From positions 69,982 to 133,981 of IMG/VR virus record IMGVR_UViG_3300030381_000254: a stretch of 64,000 bases of DNA. One strand, 5' to 3'. Origin of the DNA: a virus. Below are positions 30,277 to 38,812 of the stretch, piece after piece. A program made the position numbers and the translations under genes. The notes below the pieces were generated by a model. The model saw only the letters and a program-made list of their open reading frames with translations, did no database searches and was not told the DNA's origin. The stretch's first letter is position 1, and every line of letters starts with the position of its first letter.

Positions 30277-31115
30277 AAAAATGATGTTAATTTAAATTCA
30301 TTAATTACATATGAGATAGAAAAATTGTATAATAAATAATCATATTGAGAATTCCACATTCTTTTTTCTAAGTCTTTTATTAATAACTTAACCGTTTCTA
30401 TATCAGAATTAAAAAATTTATCTAAAAATTCTTTAAATTTAATAGAATCATACCCAGAAAATTCACTAAGTAAATTTTGAATAATATAAAAATTAGATTT
30501 ATTTTGATTTTCTTTATCCTTAGATAAATTCAAAATCTTTTTAAATTTTATATTCAATAAATCCTGATTATTCTGTATTTTTTCAGGAAATTCTATCAAA
30601 GGAAATAATCTTATAGTAGATAAATTAAACTCATCATAAAGATATGAATCCCTAATTGAATCTTTTTTTATCTGAAGACTAGTCTTTTGATGAAATTTTT
30701 TAGAATCAGCTTCTAAAATTAATCCACCACTAAGAATAAAATCTACATATATTACTTTTCGATAAAAAAACTCATCGTCATCAGTTATGTCATTAGCAGT
30801 ACATAAAGATTCCCACTTTTCTCTATTAGAAATCACTATTGGATATTCACTTAAATACTTAATTTTAAATCTATCCAATAAATTTTCTAAAAGAAGTTCA
30901 TTATTATTTTTTTCTCTTTTAGTTAATTGAGAATTCCTCCTAGAAACGATATTGCATTTAATCATGTCTTTATAAACAATTATAGGAATTGGTAAATAAA
31001 AATCATTTGATTTACTAGATACTATATCGAAATTAAACGAGAGTACATCTGAAAGTAATAATATTTCGCTAAAATATTTATTAATTTTTTCTAAATTCTT
31101 TTCATAATTATTCAT
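30273..31115 (-). CDS. Protein with C-terminal DUF559-like (Vsr/PD-(D/E)xK-type) endonuclease domain
   Basis: VIYVDFILSGGLILEADSKKFHQ...KDSIRDSYL... fits the DUF559 pattern D...LxIExDGxxH...D..RDxxL. Confidence 0.4.
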   Translation of the reverse strand: MNNYEKNLEKINKYFSEILLLSDVLSFNFDIVSSKSNDFYLPIPIIVYKDMIKCNIVSRRNSQLTKREKNNNELLLENLLDRFKIKYLSEYPIVISNREKWESLCTANDITDDDEFFYRKVIYVDFILSGGLILEADSKKFHQKTSLQIKKDSIRDSYLYDEFNLSTIRLFPLIEFPEKIQNNQDLLNIKFKKILNLSKDKENQNKSNFYIIQNLLSEFSGYDSIKFKEFLDKFFNSDIETVKLLIKDLEKRMWNSQYDYLLYNFSISYVINEFKLTSFL

Positions 31116-31199
31116 AGTATTATTTTTATAAAGTATGACACAACTACATACTTTTTATTACATTATTAAGTATTTACCCTGATTATCACCGCGTTTTAA

Positions 31200-31230
31200 A
31201 CCTTAAAATTCTTATAAATGAACTATGTTT
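31200..31230 (+). promoter_or_regulatory. Promoter-like motif variant upstream of flotillin-like gene
   Basis: aaaccttaaaattcttataaatgaactatg is one mismatch from the CTTATATATGA core. Confidence 0.4.
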
Positions 31231-31249
31231 AATTTAAAATTAATAATTT

Positions 31250-32758
31250 ATGATTAGTACTTTTATTTTAATCGGAATTATTGTTCTGATTCTAGTAGTT
31301 ATTGTGTTAGTTTCTTATGTAAAAGCACCTCCAAGTCAAGCTTTTATAATCTCAGGTTTAAACAAAAATCCTAGAGTTCTTATCGGTAAAGGAGGATTTA
31401 GATTGCCATTCTTTGAACGATTAGATAAAATCTATCTAGGACAAATTACTGTAGATATAAAAACGGAAACTTCTGTTCCAACTAATGACTTTATTAATGT
31501 AGATGTAGATGCAGTAGCAAAAATTAGAGTAAAACCTACAGATGAAGGAATTAGATTAGCTGGAAAAAACTTCCTTAATATGAAACCTTTAGATATTGCA
31601 AATCAATTGCAAGATTCTCTTCAAGGAAATATGAGGGAAATTATAGGAACTCTTGAACTTAAAGAACTTAATACTAATAGAGATGGATTCTCTGATCAGG
31701 TAATGGAAAAAGCTGCTCCTGATATGGAAAAATTAGGTATTGAGATATTATCTTGTAATATTCAAAATATTACAGATAGAGAAGGGTTAATAAAAGATTT
31801 AGGTGCTGATAATACTTCTAAAATAAAAAAAGAAGCAGCTATTACTAGAATAACTGCTGAAAAAGAAATTAGCATAAAAAGTAGTCAGGCAAATAAAGAA
31901 GCTAATGATTTTAAAGTAGAATCTGAAATGAGGATAGCTGAAAAAAATAATGAACTATCTCTCAAAAAATCAGACTTAAAACTAAAAGAAGATGCTAAAA
32001 AAGCAGAAGCTGATACCGCTTATGAGATACAAAAACAAGAACAGCAAAAAATAATTAATACTAAATCTGTTGAAGCTGAAATTGAAAAAACGAAGAAACA
32101 ACAGATTCTTAGTCAAGAACAAATTATAATTCGTGAAAATGAATTAAAAGCTGAAATAAATAAAAAGGTAGAAGCTGAAAAATATAAAACCGAAAAAGAA
32201 TCTGAGGCAGAAAAGTATAAAACTGAAACTGAAGCAAAAGCAATTCTGGAACAAAGAAAAAGAAATGCTGAGGCTGAAAAATACGAAACAGAACAAAAAG
32301 CAGAGGCTATGAAAGCTGAAGCAGATGCCATTAGATACAAATTAATCCAAGAGGCAGAAGGTATAAAAGCAAAAGGTGAAGCAGAAGCTTATGCAATTCA
32401 ACAAAAAGGTATAGCTGAAGCAGAAGCTATGAAACAAAAAGCAGAAGCTTATAAATTATATAATGGTGCTGCTGTTGCTGAAATGATGATAAAAATACTT
32501 CCAGAAATGGCAGCAAATATTGCTAAACCTATGGAATCTATTGATTCTGTAAATATCTATGGTACTAATGGTAATGAGGTTTCTGGAGTAACTGGTAATA
32601 TTCCAGTAATAGTTAAACAAGTATTTGATACTATGAGTCAAGCTACTGGAGTAGATATGAAAGAAATACTGAAAACTGGTACAATAGAAGCCGCTACCAC
32701 TAGAAATATTAATATCTCTAAAGATATTGATGAACTAAAGGATAATATTGTAAAATAA
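31250..32758 (+). CDS. Flotillin-like SPFH/Band-7 protein with E/A-rich coiled-coil repeats
   Basis: An N-terminal TM helix is followed by an SPFH-like domain (IISGLNKNPRVLIGKGGFRLPFFERLDKIYLGQITVDIK...). Next come tandem AEAEKYKTE / EAEAMKQKAEAY repeats, as in flotillin EA repeats. The DNA-level tandem repeats lie at about 32160..32460. Confidence 0.65.
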   Translation: MISTFILIGIIVLILVVIVLVSYVKAPPSQAFIISGLNKNPRVLIGKGGFRLPFFERLDKIYLGQITVDIKTETSVPTNDFINVDVDAVAKIRVKPTDEGIRLAGKNFLNMKPLDIANQLQDSLQGNMREIIGTLELKELNTNRDGFSDQVMEKAAPDMEKLGIEILSCNIQNITDREGLIKDLGADNTSKIKKEAAITRITAEKEISIKSSQANKEANDFKVESEMRIAEKNNELSLKKSDLKLKEDAKKAEADTAYEIQKQEQQKIINTKSVEAEIEKTKKQQILSQEQIIIRENELKAEINKKVEAEKYKTEKESEAEKYKTETEAKAILEQRKRNAEAEKYETEQKAEAMKAEADAIRYKLIQEAEGIKAKGEAEAYAIQQKGIAEAEAMKQKAEAYKLYNGAAVAEMMIKILPEMAANIAKPMESIDSVNIYGTNGNEVSGVTGNIPVIVKQVFDTMSQATGVDMKEILKTGTIEAATTRNINISKDIDELKDNIVK

Positions 32759-32764
32759 ATAAAA

Positions 32765-32797
32765 TAGAGGGATAAAATTATCCCTCTATTTTTTCTT
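32765..32797 (+). terminator. Rho-independent terminator after flotillin-like gene
   Basis: Hairpin tagagggataaaattatccctcta followed by tttttt. Confidence 0.7.
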
Positions 32798-32856
32798 CTC
32801 TAAAACTCTTATAGATGAAAAGAAAATAATTAACTTTATAAATATTTTAATAAATT

Positions 32857-33606
32857 ATGAAAAATTTAAAAGATACAATTTTTATTCACTATGGAACAAA
32901 TAAAATTAAAGAGAAATTATTTAAAACAATAAAGAATAGAAGAGGGTGGAATAAACCAAGTGGAGGAATATGGGCTTCTCCACTAAACTCTAATCATTCT
33001 TGGAGAAAATTCTGTTTGGATGAAAATTTCAATATCGGAACTTTAAAGAAACATATATTATTTAAAATAAATCCTAACAGTAAAATATATACCATAGATT
33101 CTTATCTAGATCTTATTAAGTTAAAAAAATATTGGATCTATGATAAAAATAGAATATTTAATGAAGTTATGATAGATTATGAGAAGATGATGAAAGATGG
33201 ATATGATGGAATATATCTTACTGAAGATGGGGAACATGATACTAGATTTTCTCCATATGGCAGGTATGACTGTAGTATGGGTGGAAAGTTAGATCTGTAT
33301 GGATGGGACTGTGAGAGTATTGTGATATTTAACAAAAATATTATAAAACAAATCAAAAGAAAAAGATTAAAACTTTCCAAAAGAAATTATAAGAGACAAT
33401 CAATAATTATAAATACACAAAAATCAAATAATATTAATAACCCTGATATATTAGAATGGGATAGAAATGAATTAATGAATAATACCATATTTATACCAGG
33501 GAAGAACTATAAATCTAAGAAAGCATATTATAGAGATATAGAAAAAATATTATATGAAACTGAAGATGATCCATCAAGAATAGTAAAATTATATGGAGGA
33601 AAATAA
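32857..33606 (+). CDS. Hypothetical protein, 249 aa
   Basis: ORF followed by a strong bidirectional terminator. Confidence 0.4.
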   Translation: MKNLKDTIFIHYGTNKIKEKLFKTIKNRRGWNKPSGGIWASPLNSNHSWRKFCLDENFNIGTLKKHILFKINPNSKIYTIDSYLDLIKLKKYWIYDKNRIFNEVMIDYEKMMKDGYDGIYLTEDGEHDTRFSPYGRYDCSMGGKLDLYGWDCESIVIFNKNIIKQIKRKRLKLSKRNYKRQSIIINTQKSNNINNPDILEWDRNELMNNTIFIPGKNYKSKKAYYRDIEKILYETEDDPSRIVKLYGGK

Positions 33607-33609
33607 AAA

Positions 33610-33645
33610 CAAGGAAGAGGATTAATCCTCTTCCTTGTTTTCTTG
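33610..33645. terminator. Bidirectional rho-independent terminator between convergent genes
   Basis: A perfect palindrome caaggaagaggattaatcctcttccttg is flanked by an A-run upstream and a T-run downstream. Confidence 0.7.
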
Positions 33646-35742
33646 TTCTACATAATTATTTGCTACTAGTAAATTATTATATTCTAACTGATAGTAAGGT
33701 TTAACTGATATTAACTCTAATCCATCTAATCTCTTACCATTATTTGAAATTTTACATTTCTTAACTTCAAAATATTCTCCTAAATCAATAGCTTTTGGAG
33801 TTGCTTTATAGTTAATAGAACTGTAAAGATTAGTAAGAATATTCTTTATATCTGTATTTGGAATTTTATCACCTATCTTAAAATTTTGAAATATAGTCTT
33901 AACTAGTAATTCTTTATTAAATACTACTACTCCTAATTCTCTTTCAATATATGTTCTATTATATCCAAGAGATTTTAATCTGTCAGGTTTTAATGTAGTG
34001 TAATAAGATCTAATATTATCATGTTCCCCTATTTGCTCTAATGCAATACTTCTAGCTTCATCGGACATATCATATTCACAAAGTAATCTAAGTTTATCTT
34101 TAAATAAAGATAGTCGATCGTATTTATAAAAAAATGCTTCAATTTCTTGATTTACTGAATATCCTATATCTAACTTTTCATTTATAGTACTAAATACAGT
34201 AAATCGATCTGCATAATCATACTGTTGTATTTCAAATACTCTAAGATCGTTTACTTTAACTAAATTATTAAATGTTGGAAATAATCCGGTACCTCCATGA
34301 GTATTTACTGAAACATAATTATCTTTATAATTTGCAGATTTAGCTACATATTGATAAGTTAAAGCTAGTGTAGATTTTGAAGATTCGGTATCACATCTTT
34401 CATACGCATACAATAAATCTTTAGTAGCTTTTTCTTTTCTCTCTATCTCCTTCATAAACTCCTCTTGCGAAACTTTTCTATAATCCGCAGTTACTCTATA
34501 AAAAAATTCGGCGGAATTTTTCCACGGATTTTCAGATTTTCTTTGACGTCCTAAGATTTGTGGAAGATCATCACTTATATCTACTGCTAATGTATCTAAA
34601 TTAGCGTCACTGAATATAAAAGTTCTTGCACAATAACTATCAAAATCAGCTCCTAGATAAACCGTTGAAGTACAAAATGTAAACATTGGAAAACTCTCTC
34701 CTTTTTCAATAATAGGTACATGTCCTATACTAAAAAATTTTCCTAATTTCTTCCTTATTTTCTTTTTATTATCTTCTGTCTTAGCACATAATATTAATAC
34801 TTGATCTGAACTTAAATTACATTTTTTGATAATACTAATAATATGATTTACAGAATTCATAAATAATACTGCTTCCCTAGACTCTATTTCTACTGGGAAA
34901 CCATTAATAATTCTAGTAGCCCTTTCAAAATTTCCATTAAGATAAGATTGTATAATTTCTCCTGCTTTAGTACCTACGGATTTCATTGTTCTTACCTTAA
35001 GAGAAGGTTTAATAACTCTAGTAAAATCTTCAGTTAACCAATCTAGTTCTATATATGGAAGACCATCAAATTCATCTAACATATTCAAATATTTATCTAC
35101 CATTGGTGTAGCTGAGACAAATATAGCTGAATGAGATTTCTTAAGATATCCTAAAAATTCGTTCTCAGTATTACTCTTAAACCTAGAATCATGTAAGATA
35201 CTTTGAAATTCATCTATTATTGTATAGAAAGTATCAAACTTACCTAGAGCAATTAAAATATCTTGTACTATCCTATAAGAATCGTACGTAACTAAGATTT
35301 TATAAGGTTTACCGTAGAAATCTCTCATATTAATATAATCTTTAATTTCTCTCATTAATCGATTATATATATCTTTTTTTCTTTGATTAGGATCAATACA
35401 ATCTTTAAGCTTTTCCTCAAATATATCTCCACTGGACATCTGAGTAAATTTATCTAATTTACTCAAATCTTTATCAATTCCTGGATCAGAATCCAATAAC
35501 TCATTTTTTACTAAATAAACATCCTTGTCATGTTTACTATATTTACTGTCAAGAAGAGCTATTCTAGGACTACATAATATACAATTTTCTATTCCATTAA
35601 TTACTCTTTCTGTAAAACCACAACCAGGAATTTGTTTATTTATTATACATTTTGGTGGTAATTTATAAAAGAAAAAATCTTTCCAATCACTTAAAAATCT
35701 AATTCCTCCTGGTACAATCCAAGATTTTAATTTATTTATCAT
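33622..35742 (-). CDS. SF2 helicase-like protein with atypical Walker A, 706 aa
   Basis: Motif I-like IPGCGFTE has no Lys. DEFQ resembles the motif II DExx box. FVSATP resembles the motif III SAT. It is oppositely oriented within the plus arm. Confidence 0.4.
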   Translation of the reverse strand: MINKLKSWIVPGGIRFLSDWKDFFFYKLPPKCIINKQIPGCGFTERVINGIENCILCSPRIALLDSKYSKHDKDVYLVKNELLDSDPGIDKDLSKLDKFTQMSSGDIFEEKLKDCIDPNQRKKDIYNRLMREIKDYINMRDFYGKPYKILVTYDSYRIVQDILIALGKFDTFYTIIDEFQSILHDSRFKSNTENEFLGYLKKSHSAIFVSATPMVDKYLNMLDEFDGLPYIELDWLTEDFTRVIKPSLKVRTMKSVGTKAGEIIQSYLNGNFERATRIINGFPVEIESREAVLFMNSVNHIISIIKKCNLSSDQVLILCAKTEDNKKKIRKKLGKFFSIGHVPIIEKGESFPMFTFCTSTVYLGADFDSYCARTFIFSDANLDTLAVDISDDLPQILGRQRKSENPWKNSAEFFYRVTADYRKVSQEEFMKEIERKEKATKDLLYAYERCDTESSKSTLALTYQYVAKSANYKDNYVSVNTHGGTGLFPTFNNLVKVNDLRVFEIQQYDYADRFTVFSTINEKLDIGYSVNQEIEAFFYKYDRLSLFKDKLRLLCEYDMSDEARSIALEQIGEHDNIRSYYTTLKPDRLKSLGYNRTYIERELGVVVFNKELLVKTIFQNFKIGDKIPNTDIKNILTNLYSSINYKATPKAIDLGEYFEVKKCKISNNGKRLDGLELISVKPYYQLEYNNLLVANNYVEQENKEED

Positions 35743-36098
35743 AATTTATATTTATTTATTACAGAATCCAGTTAAATTGTCTTATTTTTATGAAGTCAAA
35801 GGAGTTTCCCTTTAACTCAATTGTAAGGATAATAAGTTATAATAAACGTATTTTGTCGATTTTATTGAGATAATTTTAACCATATTCTAATATAAGATAG
35901 TTATTGAAAGAAATTCGACACCTTTTCCTTTCTTTCCCTCCTTTCAATGGGAGGGAAAGAATCAATTTTAATAGAATAATTTCCTATAACACTTTATAGG
36001 GTTTCATTCAAGTTTAAAAGGAAAAAAGTAGAAGGGCTAACGCCTTTGTCTTCAGAAATAAAGGACAAAAATAAATAAGTAAGATTAGTTAATCTTAC

Positions 36099-36350
36099 TT
36101 ATGAAAAAGTTACGATGATAAATCCGATATATAAATATATTAAGATACTTAATATATAAAAATCTCTCATTATTTTAGATTCTTTTAAGTACATACCTAT
36201 ACTATTATCATCGATAGAACTCTTTAAATTACATAATGTATTTATTGAACTACTGTTCTTTATTAAAATTCCGATTAAAAGAACAGTAAACCAAACTGCT
36301 ATACCTGGAAATAAAAATAAACCTTCCAGATTATTCATAAATTTTCTCAT
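36099..36350 (-). CDS. Small membrane protein, 83 aa
   Basis: Two hydrophobic helices. The promoter-like motif lies upstream on the minus strand and a terminator hairpin lies downstream at 36078..36097. Confidence 0.4.
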   Translation of the reverse strand: MRKFMNNLEGLFLFPGIAVWFTVLLIGILIKNSSSINTLCNLKSSIDDNSIGMYLKESKIMRDFYILSILIYLYIGFIIVTFS

Positions 36351-36388
36351 ATATTTAAATTAAAGTTATTGTATTCTTTAAAAGTTTA

Positions 36389-36415
36389 TCTTTCATATAT
36401 AAGGCTTTGAAGGAA
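36389..36415 (-). promoter_or_regulatory. Conserved phage promoter-like motif on minus strand
   Basis: The reverse complement reads ccttcaaagccttatatatgaaaga, about 40-65 nt upstream of the minus gene 36099..36350. Confidence 0.5.
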
Positions 36416-36571
36416 TAATAAAAGAAAGAAAAAATTAGCACCGTTTTCACAAACAGTGCTAATCATAATTTGATAATATCGAACTTAATTGCTTTAGACG
36501 ACAATTTTACTAATTGTCTTTAACTATGTCCATTTATAAGGATTTTAAGGGTTTTAAATTATAATAGTTTA

Positions 36572-36590
36572 TAATCCTTATAAATGATAA
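36572..36590 (+). promoter_or_regulatory. Promoter-like motif variant
   Basis: taatccttataaatgataat lies upstream of the gene at 36607. Confidence 0.35.
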
Positions 36591-36606
36591 TATTAATAAG
36601 CAATTT

Positions 36607-36993
36607 ATGTTAAGAGAATTAAATAAAATTGAATTTGTTAAGATTGGATATTATATAAATGTTCTTTCTTCTTCTACAAATAATGTAGAATATGGTGTTA
36701 ATGATTTTTCTAAACTTGAATTAGAAAAATTAAATTTAAGAGATTGTATCACTTTATTTCAAGTAGATGATAATAAAGTGAAGGTTTACTATAATAGTGA
36801 TATTGTTTTATTAAATCCATATAAACTAGATTTTAAGATTAGTAAAGATGATCCCAATAGTTTACTAGTATCATTATGTCTTGGATCAATATCTAATACT
36901 GTTAAAGTAGTTGATTCAATATTTTATGGAAAAGATATACAGAAAGTGTACGTAGATATTAAAGATGAGTCAATATTAATAATTCTAAAATAA
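36607..36993 (+). CDS. Hypothetical protein, paralog A, 128 aa
   Basis: It shares its start (ML+EL) and its C-terminal KVYVDIKDESILIILK with the adjacent ORF. Confidence 0.4.
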   Translation: MLRELNKIEFVKIGYYINVLSSSTNNVEYGVNDFSKLELEKLNLRDCITLFQVDDNKVKVYYNSDIVLLNPYKLDFKISKDDPNSLLVSLCLGSISNTVKVVDSIFYGKDIQKVYVDIKDESILIILK

Positions 36994-36995
36994 AT

Positions 36996-37364
36996 ATGTT
37001 AAAAGAGTTAACAGATATTAATCAAGAAATATCGGTTTCAGATTTTTCATCATTAATTTATGAGAGTAATAATAATGTAACTAGTGAGTTTAATAATACT
37101 AATTGGGAAATTTTTATTCTAGTTTTACAAGTTGGAGAGAATTCTATAAATATATTTATTAATGAAAAAGTTTTTAATGAAGTTAGGCACTCGTTTAGAA
37201 TATATACAGAGGTGTTTAATAATTCATTAGTATTAAGAACAAATATTAATAATATTTCTAGAATCTTTAAAATACATGATAAAATTTTTAATAAAAAAGA
37301 AGTAGATAAAGTTTATATAGATGAGAAAAATAGTTTATTATCAGTTAAATTAAGAAAATGTTAA
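36996..37364 (+). CDS. Hypothetical protein, paralog B, 122 aa
   Basis: Tandem paralog of 36607..36993. Its C-terminus is KVYIDEKNSLLSVKLRK. Confidence 0.4.
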   Translation: MLKELTDINQEISVSDFSSLIYESNNNVTSEFNNTNWEIFILVLQVGENSINIFINEKVFNEVRHSFRIYTEVFNNSLVLRTNINNISRIFKIHDKIFNKKEVDKVYIDEKNSLLSVKLRKC

Positions 37365-37367
37365 ATT

Positions 37368-38198
37368 ATGGTACATTTTGAAAAAATAAAGTTAACAAAA
37401 GGAATTTTTAAAGGAACTGAAGAGATAGAATTAGAAATTCCAGACATTAAATGGGTATTGTGGGATGGTGTTCCTCGTGGAGGAAAAAGAATTAATCATG
37501 TGAATTATTGGTCTATATTAAAAGTTTCAGATGAAGAAGAAGCAAAATATGTTAAGGATAAGTTAAAGAATATTAGAGCACATCAGATGTACTCATATGA
37601 ATTAATTAAAAATAAGATATGGGTTCTTGAATTAAATGATGTGGATAAGACGTATGATATACCACAAATGACAACAGCACATGATTTATACAGTACTTAT
37701 TTAAAAGATTTAGTATTTGTAGAATATACTAAGTATTTTAGGATATCTTCAGTTTTTAGAATAAAAGAAATAGATCATCCTGATTCTGTAACAGTACAAT
37801 CTGTAATATTGAATGGAAGATTTTGTTTTAATAGACCCTGTTATAATATTATGACTACTATTAATAATTGTCTTCCGAAAATGATAAATTTTTTAGGAAC
37901 AGGAGATATTTTTGTAGAAGTATTTAGTGGAAATATTGCAAATAAGTGGTGGTATTCTGCATTTAACAAAGCTATATTTAGTTATGATTTTGACCTAAAT
38001 TTTAATGAAGGAGATAATATAATTTGGGATGCTGATGTTCCAGATAGTTTTAATATTGATGATCTGTTAAGTTTATCTGTAGTTGATAAAAGTGAAGAAA
38101 ATGTTTCAGAAAAAGTAAAAGAGATTGAGAAAAGATTTAAAGAGTTTGAAGAAATCTTTTTAAAAATTTCTAAATTTAATGAACAATTTAAACAATAA
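37368..38198 (+). CDS. Hypothetical protein, 276 aa
   Basis: ORF only. Confidence 0.4.
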   Translation: MVHFEKIKLTKGIFKGTEEIELEIPDIKWVLWDGVPRGGKRINHVNYWSILKVSDEEEAKYVKDKLKNIRAHQMYSYELIKNKIWVLELNDVDKTYDIPQMTTAHDLYSTYLKDLVFVEYTKYFRISSVFRIKEIDHPDSVTVQSVILNGRFCFNRPCYNIMTTINNCLPKMINFLGTGDIFVEVFSGNIANKWWYSAFNKAIFSYDFDLNFNEGDNIIWDADVPDSFNIDDLLSLSVVDKSEENVSEKVKEIEKRFKEFEEIFLKISKFNEQFKQ

Positions 38199-38240
38199 TT
38201 ATGTTAAGGAGATAGAGATTTAATTTCTATCTCTTAATTT

Positions 38241-38266
38241 TCTTCAAATTTTTATATATGTATAAA
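38241..38266 (+). promoter_or_regulatory. Conserved phage promoter-like motif (variant)
   Basis: tcttcaaatttttatatatgtataaa lies about 270 nt upstream of groES. A terminator hairpin at 38384..38426 lies between the two. Confidence 0.4.
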
Positions 38267-38383
38267 TTTTAAATAACTATAATTATTATAGTAGTAATAA
38301 TGAAGAATGCTGAGATAGTGTAAAATTATTAAGAAGAGTATTATAGAGATATTGTACAAATTACATAGTTATGTGGATAAGGG

Positions 38384-38426
38384 ATAGAAGAGAACTAGTT
38401 CTCTTCTATTTATTATTTTGCTTTTT
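38384..38426 (+). terminator. Rho-independent terminator in GroES upstream region
   Basis: Hairpin atagaagagaactagttctcttctat followed by a T-rich tract. Confidence 0.6.
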
Positions 38427-38534
38427 AAAACCCTAAATAATCTTAGTAATGAAGAAAGAGGAATAAAAACAGTCCTCAATCTCTTATAATTGTATAAAAA
38501 GTTTATTGTGTAACATTTAAAAATTTAAAAAGAA

Positions 38535-38792
38535 ATGAAAGTATTACAATCAAAAGTTTTAGTACAAGTAGATAACGATCAATTACAACAGAAGCTTGGT
38601 AATTTTACAGTTCCTGTAGAAGATATTGAGAAAGCTACTGTTATCGAGGTTGGAAATGAAGTTAATAAAGATGGAGAGATTTTAAAGCCTGGGGATAAGG
38701 TGTATATTTATCCAAAATCTGGAAAGGAATTCATGGAAAACGGAGAGAAATATCGTGTTATTACTTTAAATGAAATTATTGTAGTATTGTAA
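38535..38792 (+). CDS. groES: Co-chaperonin GroES / gp31-like
   Basis: 85 aa, KVLVQV...TVIEVGNE...GDKVYIYPKSGKEF...YRVITLNEIIVVL. It lies directly upstream of the GroEL homolog. Confidence 0.65.
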   Translation: MKVLQSKVLVQVDNDQLQQKLGNFTVPVEDIEKATVIEVGNEVNKDGEILKPGDKVYIYPKSGKEFMENGEKYRVITLNEIIVVL

Positions 38793-38812
38793 AATTTAAA
38801 ATTATTAGAAAA

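Noticed and set aside
32160-32460. Tandem DNA repeats gctgaaaaatataaaaccgaa..., initially considered as a possible CRISPR-like or iteron array.
   Set aside because: They lie inside the flotillin-like ORF in frame and encode the E/A repeat region. The units are not separated by unique spacers.
35743-36098. Looked for tRNA genes in this and the other longer intergenic regions (36351..36606, 38199..38534, 52104..52596, 56774..57244).
   Set aside because: No cloverleaf-compatible sequences with a GTTCRANYC T-loop were found by eye. The structured parts are explained by terminator hairpins, the palindrome and the intron core. A tRNAscan-SE run would settle it.
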